Positions 42,868 through 53,036 of a stretch of 55,583 nucleotides of DNA are shown here, piece by piece. Within the stretch, counting starts at the first letter, position 1; each line of letters begins with the position of its first letter. The notes beneath the pieces are model-generated. The model was given only the letters and a program-made list of their open reading frames with translations. It had not been told where the DNA came from and ran no database searches. The stretch is from Nitrosomonas sp. (lineage in GTDB: Bacteria > Pseudomonadota > Gammaproteobacteria > Burkholderiales > Nitrosomonadaceae). The stretch is taken from assembly GCA_032251195.1 (NCBI GenBank), contig JAVVEX010000001.1:1-55583 (forward strand), read 5' to 3'. A program made the translations under genes and the position numbers.

Positions 42868-44685
42868 ATGCTGTCTTTTTTGTTTCTTAAACACCGTTTT
42901 TTGACCATCTCTTTGATCATTCCGGGTTTGCTGATTGTGCTGACCGGATTTCCCGTCTTGAGTATCGCCAAGAATGTCGAAAAAATAAAAAACAACAAAC
43001 CCATTATTTCCAAATCATCTCCTGATTCCAGAAAGTGGGCAAAGGGGCGCCTGCTGGTCGTACCGCGTGCCGGCGTTTCTGTCCAGTCCCTGGATAAAGT
43101 GGAGGGCATCAAGTCCAGACGCAAACTGGGAAAACTCAATGCACATGTCTACGAATTACCAGAGGGTGTGGATGAGGTCAAGTTTATGGAAAAACTCCGG
43201 AAAGACCGGCGTTTCAAGGCTGTTGAGCTTGACAGATTGCTCGAACCAGAACAAATCATAACCGATCCGGCTTTTGGAAAAAGCTGGGCACTGCCCAAGA
43301 TAGCGGCGCCCGCCGCATGGGATATTGCAACCGGTGATGGTATTACCATTGCGATTCTCGATACCGGCGTGGATGACAGCCATCCAGATCTAGCGGCTAA
43401 CATGGTGCCTGGTTGGAATATGCACGACAACAATGCGGATAGTTCTGATATTCACGGGCATGGCACCAAAGTGGCCGGGACAGCGGCTTCGGCTGCCAAC
43501 AATGGACAGGGAAGTGCCGGTGTTGCCTGGAACGCACGCATCATGCCCATTCGCATCGCCAGGCCTGATGGCATGGCCTATCTTAGTACGATGGCGCAGG
43601 CCATTCGCTGGGCAGCGGATAATGGCGCGCAAGTTGCCAATCTCAGCTACGGCGGTGCTGACAGCCTAACCGTACAATCCGCTGCAAATTACATGCGCAG
43701 CAAAGGTGGTATTGTCGTCATGTCGGCCGGTAATTCCGGCACACTGTTGGATTCCCCACCCAGCGATGCTCTGATCGTTGTCTCTGCCACCGGTAGTAAT
43801 GATGTCCGCGCAAGCTGGTCCACTTATGGCCCTTTGGTTGATGTGGCCGCACCCGGTGTCAGCATCTATACGACGACGCGTGGCGGTGGATATGGCAATG
43901 TTTCGGGTACTTCCTTCTCCAGTCCGATTACCGCTGCGACAGTTGCCTTGATGTTATCGGCCAATCCTGATCTGACGCCGACAGATGTTGATGGATTGCT
44001 CAAATCGACTGCTATTGACCTGGGTGAGCCTGGCGTTGATCAATACTATGGTCATGGCCGTATCGACGCCGCGCGTGCGGTGGAAGCCGCTCATGTCAGA
44101 ATCAGTGTGGATAATATCGCGCCAGTGGTCGGCATTGCTTCCCCAACAGGCGGACAGGTATCAGGCAGCGTGCCAGTCGATGTGAGTTATTCCGACAATA
44201 AAGCCGTCGTACGTATCGAGCTTCATGTCAATGGCCAGTTGGCAATTACCGACACCGAAGCCCCGTTTGCTTTCATGCTCGACACGACAGAACTGAATGA
44301 TGATGAATACACGATAACGGCTCATGCGTTCGACGCAGCGGGCAATCAGGGTCGTTCCACACCAGTTACTATAACGGTAAAAAATTCCAGCGCATCGGAC
44401 GATCCAGTGGCTGATCCCGTATTGCCGGAAATCACTCAGTTCAATCTTACCGACGGCATGAAAGTGAAACGCTACCATACAGTTCTTGCCAATGCCAGCG
44501 ATACCGCTGAAAGAATGACGCTGTCCATCAATGGCGATATTGTCGCTGCCCAGGCAGGGGCGGCATTGAGTTATCGCTGGAGGAGTTGGGATAGTGCGCC
44601 ACGTGGCACATGGTTCACTGTCACAGTGGAAGCGAGCGATGCGGAAGGCAACACTGCCAGCAGAACGGTCAATGTGCGCAACTAG
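42868..44685 (+). CDS. Secreted S8 subtilisin-like serine protease with C-terminal Ig-like domains
   Basis: LDTG, HGT, GTSFSSP catalytic triad; propeptide; two beta-rich repeats (A.D.AGN, SDAEGN). Confidence 0.92.
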   Translation: MLSFLFLKHRFLTISLIIPGLLIVLTGFPVLSIAKNVEKIKNNKPIISKSSPDSRKWAKGRLLVVPRAGVSVQSLDKVEGIKSRRKLGKLNAHVYELPEGVDEVKFMEKLRKDRRFKAVELDRLLEPEQIITDPAFGKSWALPKIAAPAAWDIATGDGITIAILDTGVDDSHPDLAANMVPGWNMHDNNADSSDIHGHGTKVAGTAASAANNGQGSAGVAWNARIMPIRIARPDGMAYLSTMAQAIRWAADNGAQVANLSYGGADSLTVQSAANYMRSKGGIVVMSAGNSGTLLDSPPSDALIVVSATGSNDVRASWSTYGPLVDVAAPGVSIYTTTRGGGYGNVSGTSFSSPITAATVALMLSANPDLTPTDVDGLLKSTAIDLGEPGVDQYYGHGRIDAARAVEAAHVRISVDNIAPVVGIASPTGGQVSGSVPVDVSYSDNKAVVRIELHVNGQLAITDTEAPFAFMLDTTELNDDEYTITAHAFDAAGNQGRSTPVTITVKNSSASDDPVADPVLPEITQFNLTDGMKVKRYHTVLANASDTAERMTLSINGDIVAAQAGAALSYRWRSWDSAPRGTWFTVTVEASDAEGNTASRTVNVRN

Positions 44686-44723
44686 GCTGCTGCATTGACG
44701 GTGAGTTGAATTTACACCTGAAC

Positions 44724-44761
44724 AGAAAAAGCGCTCTGGTCGAAATAAAGAGCGCTTTTTC
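44724..44761 (+). terminator. Rho-independent terminator (bidirectional)
   Basis: AAAAAGCGCTCT...AGAGCGCTTTTT. Confidence 0.75.
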
Positions 44762-44764
44762 TAT

Positions 44765-44843
44765 GAGACTGTCGGAAAATAGGGGTTCTATTTAACGTAA
44801 AGGATCGAGAATATAGCTTGAGAAGTTCGTCCGCAGTAGAATT
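44765..44843 (+). repeat. Degenerate family B MITE remnant
   Basis: GAGACTGTCGGAAAATAG start and GTCCGCAGTAGA shared with 5067-5225. Confidence 0.5.
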
Positions 44844-44862
44844 TGAATCGGCTTGCAGCCCA

Positions 44863-45546
44863 TTATTCTGCTTCGCTTGTTGACCGTGGCAACATCTTCC
44901 ATTTTCCGGCGCTGATCAGTTTGTTTTTAAGTCCCGGTAGTGGAAAATCCAGTTTATACGCTTTCTGGGCATATTCATTGGCTTTCTCATACTTCTTCTG
45001 CTTGAGATATAACAACCCAAGGTTGTAGAGCGCCGTCGCATTATCGGGTTCAAGGTTGACGGCAATTTCCAATTGTTCGATTGCTTCCTTGTTGCGTCCC
45101 CTCTGCAAGAGGTAGCCGCCGTAGATGGAGCGTACCCTGGTATCAGTGGCATTCATACGTATCGCCCGGTCGAAGTAGCACTCTACCGGGTATTTAAACC
45201 CTGGCAAACGGGTGGACTTTTCCCTGATCGATAATCTAGCCAGGGAAACCAGTGCGCGATGGTGATTCGGCCAGGCGTGAAGGGTGTAATTCAAATCGCC
45301 CCCGATGTGTTCGCTAGAGTTACCACGAATCAGATTTTCTACATCATAGGTAAAGTGAGCAATCTCCACTATATTGAGTTCTGCTTTCAACCTATGACGA
45401 TTGACATAATCAAATGGCCCGTAACTTGCGCCTGCAAGCTCGCCGCAATACATGGCACCGGGGCGGGCGGCCGTTGCCGGGGTTGATATAACTGGCGGTA
45501 CACTTATGACGGCAGGTATCAGCAAGTATCCAATCAATTTTCTCAT
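44863..45546 (-). CDS. Secreted tetratricopeptide-repeat protein
   Basis: Signal peptide; TPR-like A.YNLG..Y...A repeats. Confidence 0.75.
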   Translation of the reverse strand: MRKLIGYLLIPAVISVPPVISTPATAARPGAMYCGELAGASYGPFDYVNRHRLKAELNIVEIAHFTYDVENLIRGNSSEHIGGDLNYTLHAWPNHHRALVSLARLSIREKSTRLPGFKYPVECYFDRAIRMNATDTRVRSIYGGYLLQRGRNKEAIEQLEIAVNLEPDNATALYNLGLLYLKQKKYEKANEYAQKAYKLDFPLPGLKNKLISAGKWKMLPRSTSEAE

Positions 45547-45574
45547 AACGGCTCCTGAAAAATTTAGTTTCGGC

Positions 45575-46831
45575 CTATTTCCTGGATGACTGAATGGTAT
45601 TCAGCAGCATGGCTAACGCCTTGGTCGTTGATGCCCTGGAATTTGCCGATATTTTGTCTGCGGATGCCACTTGTGCGTGGCCTTTTCGTAATAGTGCCAG
45701 AAAATGGCTGAGTGTTTGCTGAATTTTTTTCGTCGAATCCAGTGGCGTAATTGTATCGATACCCATGGTTTTCAGTTTTTGTGCGGTATCGCCTGCCGGG
45801 TCGGTCAGCGCCAGTATTGGCCTTTGTGCGCGCAGGTATTCATACAATTTGGCTGGAATCTGATTGTTGCAGTTGGCGGCTTGCAACAGCAGCAGTCCAT
45901 CCACTGCCAGCATTTCGGATAGCGCCTGTTTGTAGGGAATCGCCGGTGCCAGAGAAATAATCCCCCCAATTCCGTAACGGTCGATCATGGCCTGTAGATG
46001 AGTTTCATGATGCGATGCGCGCAGAATAATACTCAAATTGCCCGAATGGATTTCTCCTTGCTTGAGCAAGGCGGCTATGGCTTCAAACAGGCAGGTTGGA
46101 TCGCGTTCGGAGGGGTAAATGATACCGCTGTGCAATAAAACAATTTTCCCGGAATTGCCTGTGCAGGATCGTGCCAAAGATGGCAGTGCCGCAAAAGTGG
46201 TTTCATCATAACCATTTTCGATTAACTGAAATCGTGTGGCAGGGATGGTTGCAAATCTTGCCTGGTAATCCCGAAGCGTGCCCGGCGTGGTAAATACCGC
46301 CGCCGCGCAATACCTCATCATATTGCGTTCTATCCATTGATAAACACGATAAGTGGCTGGATCACGCGGGTAATCCGGCTGCACCATTGGATCCCTGACA
46401 TCGGCTACCCAGGGGATACCTGTGAGGCGGCTCAGGGTCAGCCCGATCAGATGGGCAGTTGCAATGGGATAGGTTGACCAGATTATATCTGGTCGATACC
46501 GCCTGATCAGACGTAGCCCTGCAGGGATCGCTCCCAGCCACCAGCTCACCCAGCGATCTGGCAAAGCCAGTATGCGCGGGTAACGTCCCATAATGGATAA
46601 GTGTCGGGCTGTATCCAGTGCAAATGCACGCTGCACTCGCACCTGGTCTGAAATATCCATCAACTGACTTTTGTCGGTTTGTTGATAGGCGCGAGGATGA
46701 GCGCTGAGGATAATCGGCTCCCAATCATGGTCAGGCAAATATTGCGAGAAGCGCAGCGTACGCTGAATCCCGCTGCTGCCGCTCAATGGGGGAAAATGAT
46801 AGGCAATCATCAATACCCGTTTTTTTACCAT
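45575..46831 (-). CDS. Glycosyltransferase (GT4-like, GT-B fold)
   Basis: VLMIAYHFPP, RDP, IENGYD, PAKLYEYL. Confidence 0.85.
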   Translation of the reverse strand: MVKKRVLMIAYHFPPLSGSSGIQRTLRFSQYLPDHDWEPIILSAHPRAYQQTDKSQLMDISDQVRVQRAFALDTARHLSIMGRYPRILALPDRWVSWWLGAIPAGLRLIRRYRPDIIWSTYPIATAHLIGLTLSRLTGIPWVADVRDPMVQPDYPRDPATYRVYQWIERNMMRYCAAAVFTTPGTLRDYQARFATIPATRFQLIENGYDETTFAALPSLARSCTGNSGKIVLLHSGIIYPSERDPTCLFEAIAALLKQGEIHSGNLSIILRASHHETHLQAMIDRYGIGGIISLAPAIPYKQALSEMLAVDGLLLLQAANCNNQIPAKLYEYLRAQRPILALTDPAGDTAQKLKTMGIDTITPLDSTKKIQQTLSHFLALLRKGHAQVASADKISANSRASTTKALAMLLNTIQSSRK

Positions 46832-47691
46832 GACCGTAGCCAGTCTCCGGTTAATTCTGCCACCTGGTCACGCCACTGGCGCGTAGAAAATGTATGATTG
46901 GCTGCTGCCAGATGTGAAAATTTGACTTGCCTGGTTCTGAATGAAGCTTGCCAATCACTTGACGCACCGGTCAGATCAAGAAATTCACGTGCAGTCATAT
47001 CTTTCCCACTGGTGATGACCAGAACTTTTCCATGAAAGTGCGTCAACCCATCAAGCATACGATCAGGCAGCGGCTGTTCGCCACACGGCAAGTTAATGTT
47101 TTCTGATATGGGCGCACTATTTCTGGCTTGCGCCAGACTCTTGATGGTTGTGTAAAGCGAACGTACTGAGGCTGTTGCATCAAACTGCCCGCTGATCAGT
47201 TTTTTCCAGAATTCGGCTTCGAATGGCCGCGTCAGATAGTGGTGACGCAGATACGTTCTGGCGATCCCTTCCTCAGTTCGTACCCATGGGTTAAGCAATA
47301 CCAGCCCGCTGATACGAGTATCCTTATGCGCATAAAACAGTGCTGCAGAAGCAGCATCGCACAGCCCCCAGATCACCACGTCCCGCAGGAATGCACACTC
47401 CATTAAAAAGAAATTGACTGCACTGGCGATATCCTCATCCACTTCCTCGAAGCTGCGCATGTCTCCTTCACTATCTCCCATGCCACGAAAATCAAAGCGC
47501 AGGCAGGCAATATTCCGTTGCGCCAGCTCGCGGGCGAGTAATACAAACTGACGATGACTGCCGATACGGTATTGCGGCCCGCCAACCGCAATCAGTACGC
47601 CACGCGAGCATGGCGCGTCCGGCAGGCTCAGGATGCCATAAAGCCAGCACTGCCCGCAACGAATACGCACCGCCTGTTCCCGATAATTCAT
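46825..47691 (-). CDS. Alpha/beta hydrolase 1, exosortase-A-system associated
   Basis: GGPQYRIGSHRQF, GLCDAAS, NPWVR, ANHTFS. Confidence 0.85.
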   Translation of the reverse strand: MNYREQAVRIRCGQCWLYGILSLPDAPCSRGVLIAVGGPQYRIGSHRQFVLLARELAQRNIACLRFDFRGMGDSEGDMRSFEEVDEDIASAVNFFLMECAFLRDVVIWGLCDAASAALFYAHKDTRISGLVLLNPWVRTEEGIARTYLRHHYLTRPFEAEFWKKLISGQFDATASVRSLYTTIKSLAQARNSAPISENINLPCGEQPLPDRMLDGLTHFHGKVLVITSGKDMTAREFLDLTGASSDWQASFRTRQVKFSHLAAANHTFSTRQWRDQVAELTGDWLRSW

Positions 47692-48524
47692 GATTCCGAA
47701 CCTGAGAAAATGCGAGTCGTTTTTGCAATCAATTCCGGACATTCGCTGATTTCCTGTGTTGCCCAGAATGGCGAACCGGGCAGCAAGGTAACCGTAATAT
47801 CGCCTCCAGCCCGTTGCCATGCCGTTATAACTGCTTTGCCGGCAGGTGTCTGTTCGCATCCGGCGTGAGGCACAATTTCAAACCAGTGAATTGCATGATC
47901 GTTAATCGCCAGGTGCTTGATTTTCAGATCATCAATCATCGTCGCCAGTGCTGGTGAAAGTGTATAGCCCGCGATCTCCAAGGCATGCCCCGCATGTAAT
48001 TTTTCCCGCAGCTGTTTGACGTTCGCTGTGCCGCCATCGTCGGTGACCAGTTCATTGGCCAGTTGCAAACGCAAAAACCGGGTTATAAATGATTGCCCAT
48101 CAAGGACTGGCTGCCACAGGATAAATTGAGAAAACTCCTGCGCAGCGTCTCTTGCATAATCCAGAGCCAGTAATGCGCCTAGCCTCAAACTCCATAAATG
48201 GATCGAAACAAATCCCTGCTTTATCAGCCATTGCCTCGCGCAAGCAATATCTTTTTTCCATATTTCCCAGTTGGCATCGGCGAAATCTCCCTCACTGTCT
48301 CCGCAGCCATACAGATCGATTTGCAGCACCCCCAACCCCGCCGAGGCGAATGCCCGTGATTGCAACGCTGCCATACGCCGGGATTTGTTCATTTCTTCAG
48401 CAAAAGGGTGGATATAGAGAATAGCGTCGCCTTGGGAGGGCTGCTTTGCAGGTGGGTGATATAGGCAAAAACGCTTTCCTGGCCGGGCATTCAGAAAAAA
48501 AGGATCGGCAGGCTGGTGGCTCAT
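47688..48524 (-). CDS. Alpha/beta hydrolase 2, exosortase-A-system associated
   Basis: PFAEEMNKSRR, GCGDS, LRLG, WQPV. Confidence 0.85.
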   Translation of the reverse strand: MSHQPADPFFLNARPGKRFCLYHPPAKQPSQGDAILYIHPFAEEMNKSRRMAALQSRAFASAGLGVLQIDLYGCGDSEGDFADANWEIWKKDIACARQWLIKQGFVSIHLWSLRLGALLALDYARDAAQEFSQFILWQPVLDGQSFITRFLRLQLANELVTDDGGTANVKQLREKLHAGHALEIAGYTLSPALATMIDDLKIKHLAINDHAIHWFEIVPHAGCEQTPAGKAVITAWQRAGGDITVTLLPGSPFWATQEISECPELIAKTTRIFSGSES

Positions 48525-48537
48525 GAGAATACTCTGG

Positions 48538-48789
48538 CTAGCCAGCGAGTTTCTGCTCGACGAAGCGTGTCAGACTGCCAAGCGTTTCAAAGGTTTGGGC
48601 GCTGATTTCGTCATCATCCACTGAAATATCGTAGTAGTCTTCCAGTGCAGTAATGACATTTATGACTGCCATTGAATCCAGCTCTGGCAGATTCCCGAGC
48701 AAAACCGAATCTTCCGTGAACGCCTGCGTTCTGTCACCCAGGCTGAGCACATTGCTCAATATGTTTTTGATCTCTTCCAGATGTTGCAT
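48538..48789 (-). CDS. Acyl carrier protein
   Basis: ELDSM phosphopantetheine site; acidic 83-aa protein. Confidence 0.9.
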   Translation of the reverse strand: MQHLEEIKNILSNVLSLGDRTQAFTEDSVLLGNLPELDSMAVINVITALEDYYDISVDDDEISAQTFETLGSLTRFVEQKLAG

Positions 48790-48992
48790 GATTAATGGTC
48801 ACTCCAAAAATGGCTATTCTCTGCAAAATCGCCATTTTAACTCAGCAGGCAACTTGTTGTGGGTAATTGCGGACAGTCCTGTTCCGATGCAGATCCAACA
48901 GATTGTTGGCCTGACTGGCAAAATCGCTTTTTGCGGAAAGCCGCATGTTAGAATACGGCCTGTTTCTGGTTAACTTTACGAGGAGTATACCC

Positions 48993-49508
48993 ATGTTCAT
49001 ATCCGAAGCCTACGCACAGGCGGCTGGCGCTGCTCAGTCAGAACCGACATTAATGAGTTTTTTACCGTTGATCGGTATTCTGGTTATTTTTTACTTTTTG
49101 CTGATCCGCCCACAAACCAAACGTGCCAAAGAACAAAAATTAATGCGGGATGCCTTGCAAAAGGGAGATGAAATCATTATCAGCGGAGGAGAGCTCGGAC
49201 GGGTAGTCAGTGTTGGTGAACACTATATTACGATGGAGCTTGCTCCAAACCTTGAAATAACGGTACTCAAGTCTTCAATACAAACGCTGCTGCCAAAAGG
49301 TACGCTCAAAAATATTGATACCGGAAAAAGCAGTCGCGCCTTGAAGCAGGGCAAACAGCAAAAAGCTGGCGAGCCACGGCAGAAAGAAGTCTCGGAAAAT
49401 GACCGGGAAACCGAAAATCAGACAGAAGCAATGGATAAACCGCCTGAAACCGATAGCGCTGCCGCTGCCGGTGAAACATCCACGCAACAGGATGGCGACA
49501 AAAAATAA
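48993..49508 (+). CDS. yajC: Preprotein translocase subunit YajC with C-terminal extension
   Basis: FYFLLIRPQ, L.KGDE..GG, LPKGT; GAGGAG RBS. Confidence 0.93.
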   Translation: MFISEAYAQAAGAAQSEPTLMSFLPLIGILVIFYFLLIRPQTKRAKEQKLMRDALQKGDEIIISGGELGRVVSVGEHYITMELAPNLEITVLKSSIQTLLPKGTLKNIDTGKSSRALKQGKQQKAGEPRQKEVSENDRETENQTEAMDKPPETDSAAAAGETSTQQDGDKK

Positions 49509-49590
49509 TATAGCGGATATTCCCGCTGTAATACTTGATCCTGCTGGCTAATAGCCGGCAGGTGTCTTTTCTGTAAATATATTGGTAACC

Positions 49591-51435
49591 ATGAATCGTT
49601 ATCCTCTCTGGAAATACCTGATTATTGCCGTTTCACTTGTTTTTGGGCTGCTCTATACGTTGCCCAATTTTTTTGGAGAGTCTCCCGCGATCCAGGTTTC
49701 GCCGTTACGCGCGGAGGTTACGCCTGACAATGATCTGTTGCAACGTATTGAGCAAATCCTGAGTACACATCAAATCATATTCAATGGCAGCCTTCTCGAA
49801 CCGGGCGGGATCAAGATTCGTTTTGCCGATACCGATACCCAGATGAAAGCCAGGGATTTGCTGGAAACCGAAATTGGCAAGGACTTTATTATTGCCCTCA
49901 ATCTGCTGCCCAATTCGCCACAGTGGATGAGCCGTTTTGGGGCCTTGCCGATGTATCTTGGGCTGGATCTGCGTGGTGGTGTGCATTTCATGCTGCAAGT
50001 GGACATGGCGGGCGCATTGTCGAAATCGGTGGATCGTTATAGCGCGGATATCCGCAGCAGTCTACGGGAACTGCGTATACCATCCGCTGGCGTGGAGCGT
50101 GAAAACACCCGGCTTGTGATCAAGTTTCGTGATACGGACGCACGCGAAAAAGCGATGGCCGAATTAGCCAAAAATTTTACTGACCTCGACCTACGCGAAG
50201 TCAATCACGCAGATGGTCCGGGCTTGCTGGCCGCTATCAAGCCGGAAGCGCATACTCGTATGCAGCATCTTGCGTTGCAGCAAAATATCACAACGTTGCG
50301 TAATCGCGTCAATGAATTGGGCGTGGCGGAACCAATCATTCAGCAGGTGGGGGCTGACCGGATCATTGTGCAATTGCCAGGGGTGCAGGATACTGCCAAG
50401 GCAAAAAATATTCTCGGACGTACCGCCACGCTGGAAATCAGAATGGTTGATGATGACAGCAACCTCGAAGCCGCAGTATTGTCCGGACAACCCCCTTGGG
50501 GGACAGAGCTTTTTACGGAACGCGGGGGTGATCCGCTACTTGTCAAAAAACAGGTTTTACTGACCGGAGATCGCATCACCGATGCTCAGCCAGGCTTTGA
50601 TCAGGATAGTCAGCCTGCTGTGCATGTCACGCTTGATAATAACGGTGCGCGTATTTTCAAAGATTTGACGCGCAACAATGTTGGCAAGCGCATGGCGATT
50701 CTGCTGGTTGAGAAAAACCGGAACGAGGTGATTACCGCACCAGTGATCCGTGAAGAGATCGGCGGCGGACGAGTGCAGATCAGCGGCAGAATGAGCAGTA
50801 TCGAGGCGCGCGATGTCTCTCTGTTATTACGTGCTGGCGCACTGGCGGCACCGATGGAAATTATCGAAGAGCGAACCGTTGGTCCCAGTCTTGGTGCTGA
50901 AAATATTTCACGAGGATTCAATTCAACCCTGTGGGGCTTTATTGCCGTGGCACTGTTCATCATGATTTATTATCGTGCTTTCGGGATGATTTCCGTGACA
51001 GCGCTATCGGTTAATTTGTTATTACTGATCGGGCTGTTATCGATTCTGCAGGCAACACTTACCTTGCCCGGCATGGCGGCGATTGCGCTGACTGTCGGCA
51101 TGGCGATTGACGCTAACGTACTGATCAATGAGCGCATCCGCGATGAAATCCGTCATGGCGTACCACCTCAAGCTGCCATTCATGCCGGATATGATCGCGC
51201 GATGGGTACCATTCTGGATTCAAACATTACCACGCTGATTGCCGGTATTGCGTTATTTTCATTCGGATCTGGGCCAGTCAAGGGATTTGCGGTTGTTCTG
51301 TGCTTGGGTATTCTGACATCGGTTTTCAGCGCTATCATGTTTTCGCGTGGCATGGTCAACCTGCTGTACGGCAACCGCAAGCTCGTCGATGTTCCAATTG
51401 GCTCGATCTGGAAGCCAAGTCGGAAACGGCATTAA
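49591..51435 (+). CDS. secD: Protein translocase subunit SecD
   Basis: LGLDLRGG, RVNELGVAEP, DANVLINERI. Confidence 0.97.
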   Translation: MNRYPLWKYLIIAVSLVFGLLYTLPNFFGESPAIQVSPLRAEVTPDNDLLQRIEQILSTHQIIFNGSLLEPGGIKIRFADTDTQMKARDLLETEIGKDFIIALNLLPNSPQWMSRFGALPMYLGLDLRGGVHFMLQVDMAGALSKSVDRYSADIRSSLRELRIPSAGVERENTRLVIKFRDTDAREKAMAELAKNFTDLDLREVNHADGPGLLAAIKPEAHTRMQHLALQQNITTLRNRVNELGVAEPIIQQVGADRIIVQLPGVQDTAKAKNILGRTATLEIRMVDDDSNLEAAVLSGQPPWGTELFTERGGDPLLVKKQVLLTGDRITDAQPGFDQDSQPAVHVTLDNNGARIFKDLTRNNVGKRMAILLVEKNRNEVITAPVIREEIGGGRVQISGRMSSIEARDVSLLLRAGALAAPMEIIEERTVGPSLGAENISRGFNSTLWGFIAVALFIMIYYRAFGMISVTALSVNLLLLIGLLSILQATLTLPGMAAIALTVGMAIDANVLINERIRDEIRHGVPPQAAIHAGYDRAMGTILDSNITTLIAGIALFSFGSGPVKGFAVVLCLGILTSVFSAIMFSRGMVNLLYGNRKLVDVPIGSIWKPSRKRH

Positions 51436-51458
51436 ACACTCAGGATATTTCTAAAAAT

Positions 51459-52391
51459 ATGGATTTCTTCAGATTTGAGCGCGATATTTCTTTTATGCGC
51501 TGGGGTAAGTTTTCATTGATCTCTTCTCTGGTTATTTCCATTCTGGCGGTTTATTTTATTGCCAGCAAGGGTCTGAATCTAGGGGTGGATTTTACTGGCG
51601 GCACCGTCATGGAGATCAGTTATGACAAGACTGCTAACCTGTCTCAAATACGTCGAGTGCTGGCAGAGCAGGGCATTACCGATGCAACAGTACAAAATTT
51701 TGGCACTTCCCGTGATGTTTTGATCAGACTGCCGGTAAAACACGAGTTCTCCAGTGGGGAACTGTCCGAAGTCGTTATGCGTGCGCTGAAACAGGATGAT
51801 GTCACCGTAGAAATGCAGCGTGTCGAATTTGTTGGCCCGCAAGTCGGCCAGGAATTGCTGGAAAATGGCGCGCTGGCATTGTTGTTTGTCTCGTTGGGTA
51901 TCGTCGCCTATCTCGCGGTACGCTTTGAATGGAAGTTTGGTGTGGCAGGAATTGCTGCCAATCTGCATGATGTTATTGTAATACTCGGGTGCTTTGCTTT
52001 TTTTCAGTGGGAATTCTCTCTCACGGTATTGGCCGCCGTACTGGCAGTGTTGGGTTATTCCGTGAATGAATCCGTCGTTATTTTTGACCGTATCCGGGAA
52101 AATTTCCGCAAGCTGCGCAAGGCAGACATCGCCCGTGTGATCGACAATGCAATTACCCTGACCATGTCGCGCACCGTTATTACTCACGGCAGTACACAGA
52201 TGGTGGTGATCTCGATGCTGCTATTCGGTGGCGAGGTGTTGTATTATTTTGCGCTCGCGCTGACTATCGGCATTCTCTTTGGTATTTATTCCTCAATCAT
52301 GGTAGCAAGCCCTATCCTGATTCTGCTGGGTGTGAAACGTGAAGATCTCATCAAGCCGGAACGCAAGCAACAGGAAGAGGCGCTTCCCTGA
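51459..52391 (+). CDS. secF: Protein translocase subunit SecF
   Basis: GVDFTGG, VGPQVG, GYSVNESVVIFDRIREN. Confidence 0.97.
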   Translation: MDFFRFERDISFMRWGKFSLISSLVISILAVYFIASKGLNLGVDFTGGTVMEISYDKTANLSQIRRVLAEQGITDATVQNFGTSRDVLIRLPVKHEFSSGELSEVVMRALKQDDVTVEMQRVEFVGPQVGQELLENGALALLFVSLGIVAYLAVRFEWKFGVAGIAANLHDVIVILGCFAFFQWEFSLTVLAAVLAVLGYSVNESVVIFDRIRENFRKLRKADIARVIDNAITLTMSRTVITHGSTQMVVISMLLFGGEVLYYFALALTIGILFGIYSSIMVASPILILLGVKREDLIKPERKQQEEALP

Positions 52392-52431
52392 ATAACGAAC
52401 TGGCCATTCACTTTATGCGGTTACATTGACG

Positions 52432-53034
52432 ATGCTTGCCGATCTGTTGAGCTGGATCGTTCAGGTTGTGGGTAGTCTTGGTTATCCAGGTATTTTTTTT
52501 CTGATGTTCCTGGAATCCAGTTTTTTCCCGTTTCCAAGCGAAGTTGTAATGGTGCCAGCCGGTTATCTGGCTTATCAGGGCGAAATGAATCTGGTGGCAG
52601 TGATTTCATGTGGAATTTTTGGCAGTCTGGCGGGCGCATTATTTAATTATTATCTGGCCGTCAAAATGGGGCGGCCATTGTTGTTGCGCTACGGAAAATA
52701 CATTATGTTCACCGAATCCAACTTGCAGAAAATGGAACATTTCTTTGCGCGTCATGGTCATATCTCAACTTTTACCGGTCGCCTGATTCCGGGTGTGCGC
52801 CAGTATATTTCGCTTCCTGCCGGTCTGGCACGGATGAATCTGTCCCTGTTCTGTTTTTATACGAGCCTTGGTGCTGGTATCTGGGTGTTGATTCTGGCAG
52901 TGCTCGGTTATTACATTGGCGGAAATGAAACTCTGGTTGACACCTATTTGCGTGAAATTGTGCTCTACTTGCTGCTGGCTTGCGTATTGGGGCTGGCTGT
53001 TTACTGGTATTTCAACCGCAGACAAAAAAACTGA
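52432..53034 (+). CDS. DedA-family membrane protein
   Basis: [19 protein letters not shown]. Confidence 0.92.
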   Translation: MLADLLSWIVQVVGSLGYPGIFFLMFLESSFFPFPSEVVMVPAGYLAYQGEMNLVAVISCGIFGSLAGALFNYYLAVKMGRPLLLRYGKYIMFTESNLQKMEHFFARHGHISTFTGRLIPGVRQYISLPAGLARMNLSLFCFYTSLGAGIWVLILAVLGYYIGGNETLVDTYLREIVLYLLLACVLGLAVYWYFNRRQKN

Positions 53035-53036
53035 AC

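Noticed and set aside
48815-48835. Sigma-54 promoter upstream of the ACP gene
   Set aside because: TGGC and TTGC spacing is too short for a -24/-12 promoter
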